A stretch of 64,000 bases of DNA from a virus. Its lineage: Duplodnaviria; Caudoviricetes. The stretch is taken from positions 1 to 64,000 of IMG/VR virus record IMGVR_UViG_3300033121_002154; one strand, given 5' to 3'. Positions 48,362-59,540 of the stretch are shown here, piece after piece. Made by a program: the position numbers and the translations under genes. The notes beneath the pieces are model-generated. The model saw only the letters and a list, made by a program, of their open reading frames with translations, ran no database searches and was not told the origin of the DNA. How positions within the stretch are numbered: the first letter of the stretch is position 1; each line of letters starts with the position of its first letter.

Positions 48362-48574
48362 ATGAATAAATGTAATGGTGTTTTTGTAAATCAAAGTTTT
48401 CCAGGTGAATCTGTAGATTCACTATTAAAAAAATTTAAGAAAAAAATTAAATTATCAAAAATTCTTCAATTAAAAACTGAATCAGATGTTTTTATAAAAC
48501 CATCTGTAAAAAAGAGATTAAAAAAAATTGAACAAATTAGAAAAAATCAAAGTAATTTAAAATTAAATTTTTAA
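48362..48574 (+). CDS. rpsU: ribosomal protein bS21 homolog
   Basis: GESVDSLLKKFKKKI...FIKPSVKKRLK matches the bS21 pattern; 70 aa, basic. Confidence 0.78.
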   Translation: MNKCNGVFVNQSFPGESVDSLLKKFKKKIKLSKILQLKTESDVFIKPSVKKRLKKIEQIRKNQSNLKLNF

Positions 48575-48613
48575 AATTTTTCATTTCAATTATAATTTAG
48601 AGGAGCGAGTTGC

Positions 48614-49714
48614 ATGAATAAGAGCAATTCAAATTTGGCTAAAGCAATTAATGAAGCAGATACAATCAAAGCAGGTGCACTTAGAAATGCTAATGATTTG
48701 CTTATTGAACAATTTAGACCAAAGATTAAAAATTTTATAAATAGTGCTTTAAATGAACAAGCTCTTGGGCTTGATGAAACTGTACCTTCTGATTTTGATC
48801 CGAGTGCAGGTGAAGACGGTGTTGAAAATCCACAAAACACTATAAATGTTGGTGGTGGTGGTATTCCATTAACTGAACAAGAAGAAGAAGATTTAGAAAA
48901 TCCAGAAGACATTGTTGAACAAGACAATGTTGATTTTGATGATGAAGAAATTGTCGAACAAGAAGATATAAACCTTGACGATGAGAATATTTCTGAACAA
49001 GAAGATATTGATCTTGATGATGAAGACATATCTGAACAAGATATTGATCTTGATGATGAAGATATTTCAGAGCAAGAAGATATTGATCTTGATGATGAAG
49101 ATATATCTGAACAAGTAAATGATTTCAATGATCTTGACGATGATGCTATTATTGAAATTGATGATGAAGAATTAGATGATGATTCTATAAGTGAAGAAGA
49201 TGATAAAGATGTTACTGATGATGAAGATGATATCGATGAAGATGTTGATGTAAATTCAGCATATAGCGATGAAATCTTGAATAGCACAAATGAATCAAGA
49301 AATTTCAGAAAATTAAAAATTGAATATAGAAATTTAAAAAGAGCAAATGCAAATCTTAAAAGAGAAAATGCAAAATATAATAAAGGCATTTTAATTTTAA
49401 GAAAAAGATTGCAAGATGTAAATCTTTTTAATGAAAAATTATCTTATTCAATGAAAGTAATTAATAACAAACCAAATCTTTCTCAAAAACAAAAAAGATC
49501 AATTGTTGAACAATTTGATAATTGTAAAAACATAAGAGAAGTAAAGATTACATTTAATGCAATTAATAAATTTTCAAAGCCCTCTGTACAAAAAACAGTT
49601 CCACAAAGAGGATTAAATGAATCAACAAGAAGAATTTTCAGAAATATAAATGAAAACAGAACTAATAAAAATTCTGGAAATGATTCAAGAATGATGCAAT
49701 TAGCAGGTTTATAA
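48614..49714 (+). CDS. prohead scaffold/core protein (gp22-equivalent)
   Basis: Directly upstream of the MCP; acidic repeats, coiled coil, many [I/L]xE[Q/S] sites, C-terminal RMMQLAGL; GAGGAG SD. Confidence 0.8.
   Translation: MNKSNSNLAKAINEADTIKAGALRNANDLLIEQFRPKIKNFINSALNEQALGLDETVPSDFDPSAGEDGVENPQNTINVGGGGIPLTEQEEEDLENPEDIVEQDNVDFDDEEIVEQEDINLDDENISEQEDIDLDDEDISEQDIDLDDEDISEQEDIDLDDEDISEQVNDFNDLDDDAIIEIDDEELDDDSISEEDDKDVTDDEDDIDEDVDVNSAYSDEILNSTNESRNFRKLKIEYRNLKRANANLKRENAKYNKGILILRKRLQDVNLFNEKLSYSMKVINNKPNLSQKQKRSIVEQFDNCKNIREVKITFNAINKFSKPSVQKTVPQRGLNESTRRIFRNINENRTNKNSGNDSRMMQLAGL
48911..49113 (+). repeat. coding tandem repeat of 36-39 bp units (I[S/V]EQEDIDLDDED)
   Basis: About six degenerate units such as tctgaacaagaagatattgatcttgatgatgaaga. 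Confidence 0.85.
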
Positions 49715-49776
49715 ATTTTATATAAAAATAAAAAAATAAAAAGTATTCTTTTTAAATAACTTGGGAGAAATAAGAA

Positions 49777-51513
49777 ATGAATTATAATGAATTAGTAAAA
49801 CTTACTCCGCAATTTAATGAAAGAAGTTTAGAACAAAGAGATAGACGAGCTAAACTTTTGGTTGAAAAGTGGAATAGAACTGGTCTTTTAAAGAAAATGT
49901 CATCTGTTGAAAACAGAAACAATATGGCTATGATTTTAGAAAATCAGGCTTTGGCGTTAAGACAATTAAATGAAAGCTCATCTGTAGCTGATATTGCATC
50001 TTTTAACAAAGTTGCATTTCCGTTAGTAAGAAGAGTTTTCGGTTCTCTTTTAGCAAATGAAATTGTATCTGTACAACCAATGAATATGCCTTCTGGTTTA
50101 TTATTCTATTTGGATTTTGTATATGATAGAACAAAACCTGGATTCTCTTTCGAAAGTGGAAAATCCTTGTATGGTAACAGAAATGCCGTAGTATCTTCAA
50201 AATTGCAGGGGATTGGAGGTATGAACGCTACAGGAGGTTATTATAACCTTAATAGTTCATACTCAAAGCGAATGTTCAGAATATCTTCACAATTGGCATC
50301 TGCTTCTGCTTCATATGCAAGTATTACAGCAACATCACCAACTGTTACAGGAACTTTATCAGGATTTAATTTTACTTTAGCTGCTTCTGATGGAAGTATT
50401 GATATATCTCAATTAAGAGTTATCAGACCTGTAAGATCTGGTGAAATCAGTTATGAAGGTGGATCTTTTAGAAGTTTATCAGCTATAAAATCCATAACGG
50501 CAGATTCACTTGCTCCAACAATTGATCAAGGTTTAACACAGTTAGTTGATGCAAGTACAATTAGAATTTTTTCAAATATATATTTAAAAGGAAATAACTT
50601 AGAACTTGGTAATGCTACTGGTTCTATGTCAGCTGTTTTGGTTGGACCTGCAGCTACAAAAATTGATGATTTAACACCATCAACATTAGTTGGTGATTTT
50701 GAATCTGTATCAGAAATTCCACAAGTAAATATTCAAATTAAATCTGTTCCAGTTGTTGCAGTAACAAGAAAATTGAAAACTGTATGGACACCAGAATTAT
50801 CACAAGATATGAATGCTACTTTAACTTTGGATCCTGATGTTGAATTAACAAAAGTTCTTTCAGAGTCAATTGCACTTGAAATTGATAATGAAATTTTATC
50901 TGATTTATTAGCTGGTGCGGAAGTAAAAGCTGTATGGTCAAGAAAAATCGGTAGATATTTGAAATTAAATGCTGACGGAACTGTTACTTTACAATCATTT
51001 GCAGATGCTTCAAACGGTACCTATCAGGCAAATTTTGGAACACAAAATGAATGGTATCAAACATTTATTGAAACAATCAATGCTTGTTCAAATGAAATCT
51101 ATAAGAGAAATAAAAGATCTGGTGCAAACTGGATTATAGTTTCTCCTGAAATCGCTTCAATCATTGAATCACTTTCACAATTTCAAACTGATATTGTATC
51201 AGATTCAGCAAAATCTATATACTCCGTTGGAGTTACAAAAGTAGGTATGTTGAATAGCAGATATACAGTTTACAAAAATCCTCATATGCCGGTTAATAAA
51301 GTTCTTATCGGTTACAGAGGAGATTCATTCTTGGAAACAGGTTATGTATATAGTCCTTATGTTCCTTTATTAATTACACCGACTATTTATGATCCTGAGA
51401 ACTTCACTCCAAGAAAAGCCGTTATGACAAGATATGCTACCCAAATGGTTAGACCAGAATATTATGGTGTTGTTACCGTATTTGATCTTGATATAATTGG
51501 TAACGGTTTATAA
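49777..51513 (+). CDS. major capsid protein (T4 gp23-like)
   Basis: ILENQ, PLVRRVF..LLANEIVSVQPM..PSGL.F, TRKLKTVWTPELSQD, EIDNEIL, YSPYVPL, F.PRK..MTRY; predicted LNE/S cleavage at E66. Confidence 0.96.
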   Translation: MNYNELVKLTPQFNERSLEQRDRRAKLLVEKWNRTGLLKKMSSVENRNNMAMILENQALALRQLNESSSVADIASFNKVAFPLVRRVFGSLLANEIVSVQPMNMPSGLLFYLDFVYDRTKPGFSFESGKSLYGNRNAVVSSKLQGIGGMNATGGYYNLNSSYSKRMFRISSQLASASASYASITATSPTVTGTLSGFNFTLAASDGSIDISQLRVIRPVRSGEISYEGGSFRSLSAIKSITADSLAPTIDQGLTQLVDASTIRIFSNIYLKGNNLELGNATGSMSAVLVGPAATKIDDLTPSTLVGDFESVSEIPQVNIQIKSVPVVAVTRKLKTVWTPELSQDMNATLTLDPDVELTKVLSESIALEIDNEILSDLLAGAEVKAVWSRKIGRYLKLNADGTVTLQSFADASNGTYQANFGTQNEWYQTFIETINACSNEIYKRNKRSGANWIIVSPEIASIIESLSQFQTDIVSDSAKSIYSVGVTKVGMLNSRYTVYKNPHMPVNKVLIGYRGDSFLETGYVYSPYVPLLITPTIYDPENFTPRKAVMTRYATQMVRPEYYGVVTVFDLDIIGNGL

Positions 51514-51539
51514 AATAAAAGTAATATAAATATATAATT

Positions 51540-51574
51540 AATGGAACCAATAGAAATATTGGTTCCATTTTTTT
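51540..51574 (+). terminator. rho-independent terminator after the MCP
   Basis: 13-bp stem aatggaaccaata / tattggttccatt, GAAA loop, U-tract; lies at the convergence of the two gene blocks. Confidence 0.9.
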
Positions 51575-51591
51575 ATTGTTAATATTCAAGT

Positions 51592-51795
51592 TTAGTTATT
51601 TCTGTTACTTTTATATTTTTCTCTTTCTTCTATAACTTTTCTTGCATCATAATACCAAGTATGTTCACTTAAAAAATAATCATTATATGTTATATTTTTT
51701 TCTTCATCATATATATATTGCAACTTTTGTATTTTTTCAACTACATCATATAATAAATTACGCAATTGTATTGGAGTTAATTTATTTAAATTCAT
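51592..51795 (-). CDS. hypothetical protein
   Basis: Last ORF of the minus-strand block. Confidence 0.5.
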   Translation of the reverse strand: MNLNKLTPIQLRNLLYDVVEKIQKLQYIYDEEKNITYNDYFLSEHTWYYDARKVIEEREKYKSNRNN

Positions 51796-51830
51796 AAGAT
51801 TTATTAATTTCTGTTAAATTTATTTAATTA

Positions 51831-52223
51831 TTATTTAATATGTTCTACAACTCCATTCTCATCAGGTTTACCCCATATTCTCTTTTTATTTATTTCAAGT
51901 TTTTCTTTCATAATATTTTTAATATCCTCAAAATCCAGACCATAAGCAAAAGCTGAACCAAAAAGTAAGAAAAAACAATCAGCATATTCTAAAAGAATAT
52001 TTTCAACTTCTTTCTGAGTCATATTAGCTTTTGTTTTTTCTAAATTATTTTCTAATTCTAATATCTCAAGTTTAAGATGTTTTATTTTAGATAATGAGGT
52101 TGAATCAGGAAATGTTTTTGTTTGCCACTTATCAATATTCTTTAATAATTTTTTAAAATTCATTTTATTTTTTTTATTTAATTTTTTCAATATATTGATA
52201 TGGAATTTTTTCTTTAATTTCAA
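51831..52223 (-). CDS. DUF550-like dATP/dGTP pyrophosphohydrolase (MazG-like fold); true start probably the internal MNFKK
   Basis: WQTKTFP..KHLKLEI.E..EYADCF..KLEINKKRIW..PD.NG.VEH. Confidence 0.75.
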   Translation of the reverse strand: MKLKKKFHINILKKLNKKNKMNFKKLLKNIDKWQTKTFPDSTSLSKIKHLKLEILELENNLEKTKANMTQKEVENILLEYADCFFLLFGSAFAYGLDFEDIKNIMKEKLEINKKRIWGKPDENGVVEHIK

Positions 52224-52488
52224 ATATATGATAAACAGATGAATTACCGTTTATTTTCACTGTCGAAATATATTTAAATTCACAAATATCCTGTTGCATG
52301 AAACCGTGTGTTTGATATATTTGTATAATTTTTGTTTCTTTTGAAATGCTATTTCGCGGTGTCAAGATCCAAATATAAAGTTTATCATATAGAACCTGAA
52401 CAGTTAATATTTCTGAACCTTTAGGTACAACTATATTTTGCGGTTCTCCTATTAGTTCTAATGGATATTCATTAATAGTGTTAAACAT
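52174..52488 (-). CDS. conserved phage hypothetical protein
   Basis: VPKGSEILTVQ..LYIW..YISTV..VYHIFE pattern. Confidence 0.6.
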   Translation of the reverse strand: MFNTINEYPLELIGEPQNIVVPKGSEILTVQVLYDKLYIWILTPRNSISKETKIIQIYQTHGFMQQDICEFKYISTVKINGNSSVYHIFEIKEKIPYQYIEKIK

Positions 52489-52503
52489 AATAATTTTAAA
52501 TTT

Positions 52504-54440
52504 TTATTTTTCAGAAATTGTACCATCAACTTTTTTAATTCTTTCTTCATCAATAACAACTGAAAATGGTGATTTTAAAAAATAATAAATACCTTTTACT
52601 TTTTTTAATCTTCTACCTAAATAAATTATTCTTTCTACTAATGAATTTTCATTTTCAGATTTAATAATATCTATTAAAAGAAATTTTCCTTTATGTTTTA
52701 TTATATCACCAACATTAAATCTTGATATTGAATTTGCATATTTATTATTTAATTTTATTATTGCATCATGCAATTGCCAATATTTAGAAACATAATCTAT
52801 TGTTTTTTTATTTTTCATTATTTTGTTTATTTACAAACTCTTCCACTAACATTTTAGCTGATTCTAATCCAGCTATTTTACCATTATGATAACTTAATTC
52901 TTATACAGATGAAAATCCATAATGTTGTTGATTTAAGAAATTTATATTAATTTGTAATTGTGTTAAAAGTTCTTCTGCTTCATTTTTCATAATTTTTATA
53001 TCACCGAATTTAAATATTTTACAATTCATTTTATTTTAAAATCAACTTAATATCTTTTAATAAATCTTCATCTACTATTAATATTCTAACTGTAGGGTTA
53101 TCTAACAATTCCCTAAAATCTGCTGGAGGTTTTGAACCGTGAAGAAAAGTTTCCAAATAATTACAAAACCATTTTCTTCTATAGTTATCATCATGAGTTG
53201 CACCATAATTATTATCCAAATAGACTAATTTTAATTCATTTAAAAGTCTTTTATTGTTTGCCAAATCATGAAATTTTATATCAATAGTTCTTTCAGACAA
53301 TTCAAGTTCAGTATTTGTAATACAATACTTATTATCTATGTAATAAAATTTTAGCATTGATTTTTTTTAAATTTTTTAAAAGAATTCATTTTTTTTTATT
53401 GTAAATATTTTTTTATTCTTGCAATAATTTCTAATATATTCTTTTGCTTTTTCTTTATCATTTGTTAAATCTTCATCTGTCCACCATACTTCAATTTTGC
53501 CATTTAACTTATCTATTATTTCACATACAAGTTCTTTTTGTTCTTTGGTTTCCTGTTCTGCTGTGCAACCTTCATTTATTTCATTGTATTTATCTAATGC
53601 AACTTGTGATTCAGGGCTATTAACAAAACACCAAGACTTAATTGTACCAAATTTTAGAAGTAAAAAATCTTCATTTTTCATAATATTTTTTTTATTAAAT
53701 GTAATTAATAAACATTACTTTGATATTACTTTTCAATAAACTTTTTCAACATATTTTCTATAAATAAATTTGCCAACCCTTTAGCATTTATATTTTTAGC
53801 ATTTTCATCTACTTCCCAAAATCTATCTTCCCATCCTGCTTTGTAAAGATCAATTAAATCTTTTTTTAAATTTTTTATCTGAAACATTAATTTTTTATTT
53901 AATTTTGAATAATCAATATTTTCAGCGGTATTGAATTTTGTAGGTTTTGATATTTCATATTTAAGATCAATAGCGGGATCATTAATCCAGTCATATGCTT
54001 GTTTTTTTGTATCAAACCACCAAACATATCTCCTGCTTGGTTTATGACCATTTGCCAAGTCAAATACTAACCAAATCGGGTTTTTAGGAAAATATTCTGT
54101 TGATGGATTTTTATTTATTCTTTTTAATTTTTCTTTTTTCATTTGGCTTAGTTAATATTACAAAAAATAAAGTTCTTAATTTACATTTAAATTCTTCTGA
54201 GAAAATGCAATATGGTTCATAAATGTTCTTAAAAGATTCTATGTCTTCTTTAAAATCATATTCTTCTCCCGAAAGTATAATTTGCAATGAATCATTAACC
54301 CTATGCCAAAATTTTTTTATTAATTCATCAGAAAAACATCCTGATAAATTTAATGTGTCCATTAAATTAACAGCAGCTTCTAAATTATTTTTATATTTTG
54401 GTAAAAATTTTGAATAATTTTCAATATAAATTTTAAGCAT
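52504..54440 (-). CDS. run of five small hypothetical genes (52504-52818, 53031-53357, 53376-53681, 53726-54142, 54111-54440)
   Basis: Closely spaced co-oriented ORFs with A-rich upstream regions. Confidence 0.55.
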
Positions 54441-54469
54441 ATTATTTTATTATTTAAGTTTTTAAATTG

Positions 54470-55030
54470 TTATGAACACATCCACCAGGGTTTATTTTCA
54501 AATACTAAAAATTTTACTTTTTTATTCATTTTTTCAGATAAAAATTTTTCTATTTCAATTATATCTCTTCCACATTTACCTATAAAAAATCCCGGTTTTC
54601 CCAAATAAATAGAAATAGTTATATTTTTTTGAAAATTAATTTCAAGTCTTGAAATTTCCAGAAAATTACTATCATAATTCTTATCAATATATTGTCTCAT
54701 ATTTCTCTTTAATTTTCTTTCCATAATTTTTTTTTCATCAGATGTTTCAATTAAATCAAGACCATCATTATTAAAAGATAAATAAGCTTGAGAATCTGAT
54801 TTAAAAAAGAATGCAATCTTCTTTAAACCATCAAATAAATAATACCAATTTTCTTTATCGTAAGCAACAATTAAATTATCAGGTAATTCTACTTCTACTG
54901 TGAAATCATTTTCTTTTAATATTTTTATACCAAGTTTATTATAAACATAAGTATAATCATATTCATCAAAAGGATAATAATTGTTTAATATACTCTTTGG
55001 TAAATTTTTTGTGATTATATCTATTTTCAT
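54470..55030 (-). CDS. protein with C-terminal ribosomal uS3-like type II KH domain (likely start 55030)
   Basis: RQYI...ISRLEI...ITISIYLGKPGFFIGKCGRDIIEIEKFLSEKMNKKV; N-half resembles 61381. Confidence 0.7.
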   Translation of the reverse strand: MKIDIITKNLPKSILNNYYPFDEYDYTYVYNKLGIKILKENDFTVEVELPDNLIVAYDKENWYYLFDGLKKIAFFFKSDSQAYLSFNNDGLDLIETSDEKKIMERKLKRNMRQYIDKNYDSNFLEISRLEINFQKNITISIYLGKPGFFIGKCGRDIIEIEKFLSEKMNKKVKFLVFENKPWWMCS

Positions 55031-55034
55031 ATTT

Positions 55035-56092
55035 TTATGGTTTGAGTTTAAATTCATAATCTGGAAAATATTCAGAATTAGAAAAAGGTGCCAAAGATTC
55101 CTCTCCATTTATTAAAAAAAATTCTTGAGTAATACCGAATACATTATTGTCTATAACTTTAATTTCACTATTAATAAATTTGAAAGAAATATTTAGCTCT
55201 TCCATTAGTTTTTTAACTTTTTCCAACTTTTTGTAAGTTGGATGATCAGAAGTTAACATTCTCGGTCTTAATTTCATTTAAATTATTTTAATTTTTAATA
55301 ATAAAGAAATAAAATAAATTATATATGCTGGAATTGCAATTGTTGTAATTGCTATTTGTGCACAACATATAAAACGTGTAGTTTCTAAAAATTTATATTT
55401 ATAAGTGAACATACCAATTATATTTAAAAATATGAAAAGTATAATTGGAATAATTTGCCAAGGTATTTCCATAATTAAATTCCATTTTTATAAATTTTAT
55501 ATAAAAAATGCCAATATGATAATTTGAATATTCTTTTCCACTTTAAAGAAATAAAATAATCAAATTCTTTATTGAACTTTATTCTATCTTCTGTTGTCAA
55601 ATTATTAAAATCTATTTTCATAACTTTCCCAATGGTTTATATTTCTTTGATATTCTTCAGGACTTTCAAGTTTTTCAATTTCTTTATCAATAAGAAATAA
55701 TTTTTTATAAAACATTTTTTGTTCCCAATGATTATTTACCATTGTATTTGCTAACAAATTATCTTTACATAATTTCAATTCTTTCAATTTTTTATTTAAA
55801 TTTTTCATTTTTATTAAATAAAATTATTTAAAGATTTATTTATTAAATATAATTATTGATTATTACTTTAGTATTACTTTTCAATAATATTACCTTCTAT
55901 TGTTTCATTTAAATCACTATGAATTGCTTCATTTATAAACTCTGCAAATTCTTGAAATTTATTTCTGTATTTTACTAAAATTTCTTTTACATGTTCATTG
56001 CGAATATCATCATCCGGATCATTTTCATAATAAAGATTTTCTAATAATTCAATGAAGTCATCTGAATGAATATTTGGAAATTTTTTATACAT
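55035..56092 (-). CDS. four small hypothetical genes (55035-55277, 55278-55472 membrane protein, 55605-55808, 55874-56092)
   Basis: Co-oriented ORFs; two TM segments in 55278-55472. Confidence 0.5.
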
Positions 56093-56174
56093 TTTTACTC
56101 CTTTTTATTTTATTAAATTATTAATTACTAATTCATTTTATAAAATTTTATTTTAAGGTTTTTTAAATATTAAT

Positions 56175-56561
56175 TTATCTAGTTCCATTTTTCCAAATTC
56201 CAGCTTTCCATATTCCACTTAACCAAAATCCATTTTCCCATATACCATTCTCCCAAAGTCCATTTTCCCAAACTCCAGCTTTCCAAATTCCATTTTTCCA
56301 AACCCCATGCTCCCAAATTCCGCCATACCATACTCCGTTTATCCAAGTTCCAGATTTCCAAAGCCCACCCAGTAAAACTCCAGATTCCCAAATTCCATCA
56401 TACCAAATAAGATTTCCAAGTGAACTAAGCCCCAATATTGCATTTTCAATTTTTGCCTCTAAAACCCATGTGAATTTTTCTTTTAAGATTTCTAAAGTTA
56501 AATTATCTTTTAATTTAATTATTCCATATTTTCTAAAATTATCTTCAAAAAAATATTTCAT
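56175..56561 (-). CDS. G-x-W-x-x pentapeptide repeat protein
   Basis: About 14 repeats of the GIWEN type. Confidence 0.75.
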   Translation of the reverse strand: MKYFFEDNFRKYGIIKLKDNLTLEILKEKFTWVLEAKIENAILGLSSLGNLIWYDGIWESGVLLGGLWKSGTWINGVWYGGIWEHGVWKNGIWKAGVWENGLWENGIWENGFWLSGIWKAGIWKNGTR

Positions 56562-56574
56562 TTTATTTTTAAAT

Positions 56575-57500
56575 TTATTGATATGCTACATCATCTTCAT
56601 AAAATTCTATTTCCGCCAAAGTTAAATATCTTGCTTGTTTTTGAGTTATTCTATATTTATAATATCCAATCATAGCACCACTTTTAGAATCAGAATCTTT
56701 TATAATATGTAACCATCCTTTTTCTTCTAAATTACTTACAGATTCATCTAAAATCATATCTGCATAAGTAATATGATTCTGATATTTACAATAATGCATA
56801 ACACCATCAGGTGATAACCATCCTATTTTTAATGTACTATCTTTTGAATCTTTTAATAAATTTTTATAAGTACTTGTTAAAGAAAAATCTAAATCCTGGA
56901 AAAATTCAGCTTTAGCCTTTTTTAATATCTTCATCCCTTTAATGGGTACATAATATGAAAATGAATCAGAATGATACAATTTTGATTGTTCCATAAGAGA
57001 TTTTTTAGGATCTGATGGTCTTTTCCATTCTATTTCTTCTTCAAATTGAATTAACCAATAAATATTCTTTTTCATATTTGTTTTATTAAATATAATTACC
57101 AAATATTACCCTAATATTACTAATTCATTTTATTTAACATTTTACTTAATTCTTTTTCAGATATATTTTCTTTATGCCCAAGTTCTAATAAATATAATCT
57201 ATAAAAATACCATCTCATGTATGCTAAATCGCTCATTTTCCTCCCTTTCATTTATATTTTTTATAAATCATTTTTATCAAAATATTCCCAATTATTTTTT
57301 ATTGCTCTCATCCATTCTTTACATTCAAATTTTATTCTTTGTCTATCATATTCTGTAGTTATGCCAAAATCATGTCTATAACTTAAACATACATTATTAA
57401 TAAATTTTTCTGAATTAAAACGTTCTATAATATCAGCTAAACAAGATGATGTCACCTGTGACTTTGGTAATACTTTAACTGTATTTTTAATCTTACTCAT
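56575..57500 (-). CDS. two hypothetical genes (56575-57102 with GWLSPDG..H..LEEKGW motif; 57261-57500)
   Basis: Co-oriented ORFs. Confidence 0.55.
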
Positions 57501-57644
57501 TTTTTATCCTGTTTATTTTTAATTTCAATTTCTAATTCTTTAATTGCTTTATTTTGTAGTGCTAATGCTATTAATATTAATATTAGAATTACACCAAAAA
57601 TCATTAATACAATTTCCATTTTTACTTCTTTTTTAGTTTTAAAA

Positions 57645-57938
57645 TTAATTTAGTAATCCACGTTCTTTAGAAAGTTTCATATATCTTTCAACTTTTTCCA
57701 TTTTTAGTCTAATTTTCTCAGGATCTATAAGATCATCAATTTCTTTAAAAACTCCTTCAATTTTTAATAATTTTATAGTTGCTACTACATCATTATATTC
57801 ATCTATGAGTCTTTTGTAATTCGGTTCATTATCTTTATATTTTTCATCATTACCAAAACAAATCATTTTAGTTGCTCGTTTTGTTAATTCTGAACATTCT
57901 TCTGCTAGTTTAACCAGCAGGTATTGTTGTTTTGTCAT
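57645..57938 (-). CDS. MazG-like nucleotide pyrophosphohydrolase
   Basis: LAEECSEL..K...FG...EYNDV. Confidence 0.7.
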   Translation of the reverse strand: MTKQQYLLVKLAEECSELTKRATKMICFGNDEKYKDNEPNYKRLIDEYNDVVATIKLLKIEGVFKEIDDLIDPEKIRLKMEKVERYMKLSKERGLLN

Positions 57939-57954
57939 TTTAATTTTTTTAATT

Positions 57955-59535
57955 TTACCAAATAATTTTAAAGCTCATTGCTTTTATTAATGACATTGCT
58001 ATTTTATTTTCTTTAATGATTTTAATTAAATCTTCCTTGCTAATTTTTTCTTTTACCCAGAATACAGACTTACTACCAGATCTTTTATCCATTGGGCTTC
58101 CACAAATAGCAATTACCGAATAATCATCACTTTGAAAAAATGAAATTTCACCTTTGTACAAATTATTTGTTAAATATTCAGGATGAAATGGTAAATCATT
58201 GAATTTTAAAGAATTATATTGTAATTCATCATTTATTATTTTCCATCTATAATGTCCATGTTCTTTTAAATTTGTACCAAAGTATTCTATTAAAATATCT
58301 GATTTTTTATTAAAAATATCTTCCCATGATTTTCGACATTCACAATATAGTTTATAAAGTTCGTCATCACTAAATTTCTCAAGATTATGTTCACTCCAAC
58401 ACCATATATCTGTAGAACCATTATAACTACCACATAATTTGACTATTGGATTTTCCAACATTGAATAATTTGGTTGTTGACCACAAACCAAACTTATTAG
58501 TGCTTTTTTATCTAAATCTACTTTCATTTTTATTTTTAAATAAATTTTTAAAAATTATTTTTATTATCCATATACTTTTTTTAATTTTTCATATAATTCC
58601 TTTTCTTTTTTTATCTTGTTTTCTTTTCTTTTCTCGGCTGATTTTTTTGTGCTTTTTTCTGATTTTCACTTTTTTCTATTCTCTTTTGAAATTCATTATC
58701 AGTTTCTAATCTTATACATTTGATTATTAATTCATCATAGATATCAGAATGCTCAATACCTAATTCAAAACGTATTAAATTTGGATAATCTGTTTTTAAT
58801 TTATTTTCTATTTCAACAAGTTTATTATGAACATCTTGAAAATTTCCTTTAATTAATTGATCAAGTTCCATAATATTACACAAATAAGCAGTTATTTCTT
58901 TTTTTTCAGTTTTCATTTTGTACCTCAATTTCCACTTGATAATACTTTTTCATATTATCAAAAATTTTTAAAATATTTTTAATATCCATTGCTTCTTCTT
59001 GAGTTTTAAAAACATTTCCTATTGAAATTCTACGCCTATCTGATTTAGAGCAATTTGGCTGATATTTGGTTGTATAATTAGTATAATCATCAAAACTATA
59101 ATACCAATAATTTTCATTTTCTTCTGGCATCCACTCCTCTGCATAGTAAATTGGATATTTAAGTGTTGAGTCATCAATACTGTTACACCATTCTAAAAAT
59201 CTATCATTATTAAAATACCATTCACCATTTTTTATTTTCCTTATTACTTGTGTTCCATCTTCATTCAGCAATGGTTTAATTATTTTATCCATTTTAATTT
59301 TTTTCATTTAATTTCCAATTGTTTTTCCATAAAATTGACAAGACATTTGTCCTTGTGGTGACCATTTTCCTCCTGATTCAAGAAAATAATGTCCACCATA
59401 TTTACTACATTCATCTTCCTGTTTATTCTGTTCTAATTCTTTTTGTTTATTATTTATAATAAATTCTTGTTCTAATTGTTGATTATATATGTCAACAATC
59501 TTTTTTGCTTCTAAATATTGTTTTTCTGTTATCAT
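57955..59535 (-). CDS. four hypothetical genes (57955-58527, 58611-58928, 58906-59307, 59308-59535)
   Basis: Closely packed co-oriented ORFs. Confidence 0.55.
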
Positions 59536-59540
59536 GATAT

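Noticed and set aside
48911-49113. 36-39 bp repeats as a possible CRISPR array
   Set aside because: No unique spacers; the units are in-frame coding repeats; no cas genes seen
48586-49389. 267-aa Ser-rich minus-strand ORF
   Set aside because: Antisense shadow of the Asp/Glu repeat in the scaffold gene
56179-56391. Alternative-frame Trp-rich ORF
   Set aside because: Frame-shifted by-product of the GxWxx repeat gene
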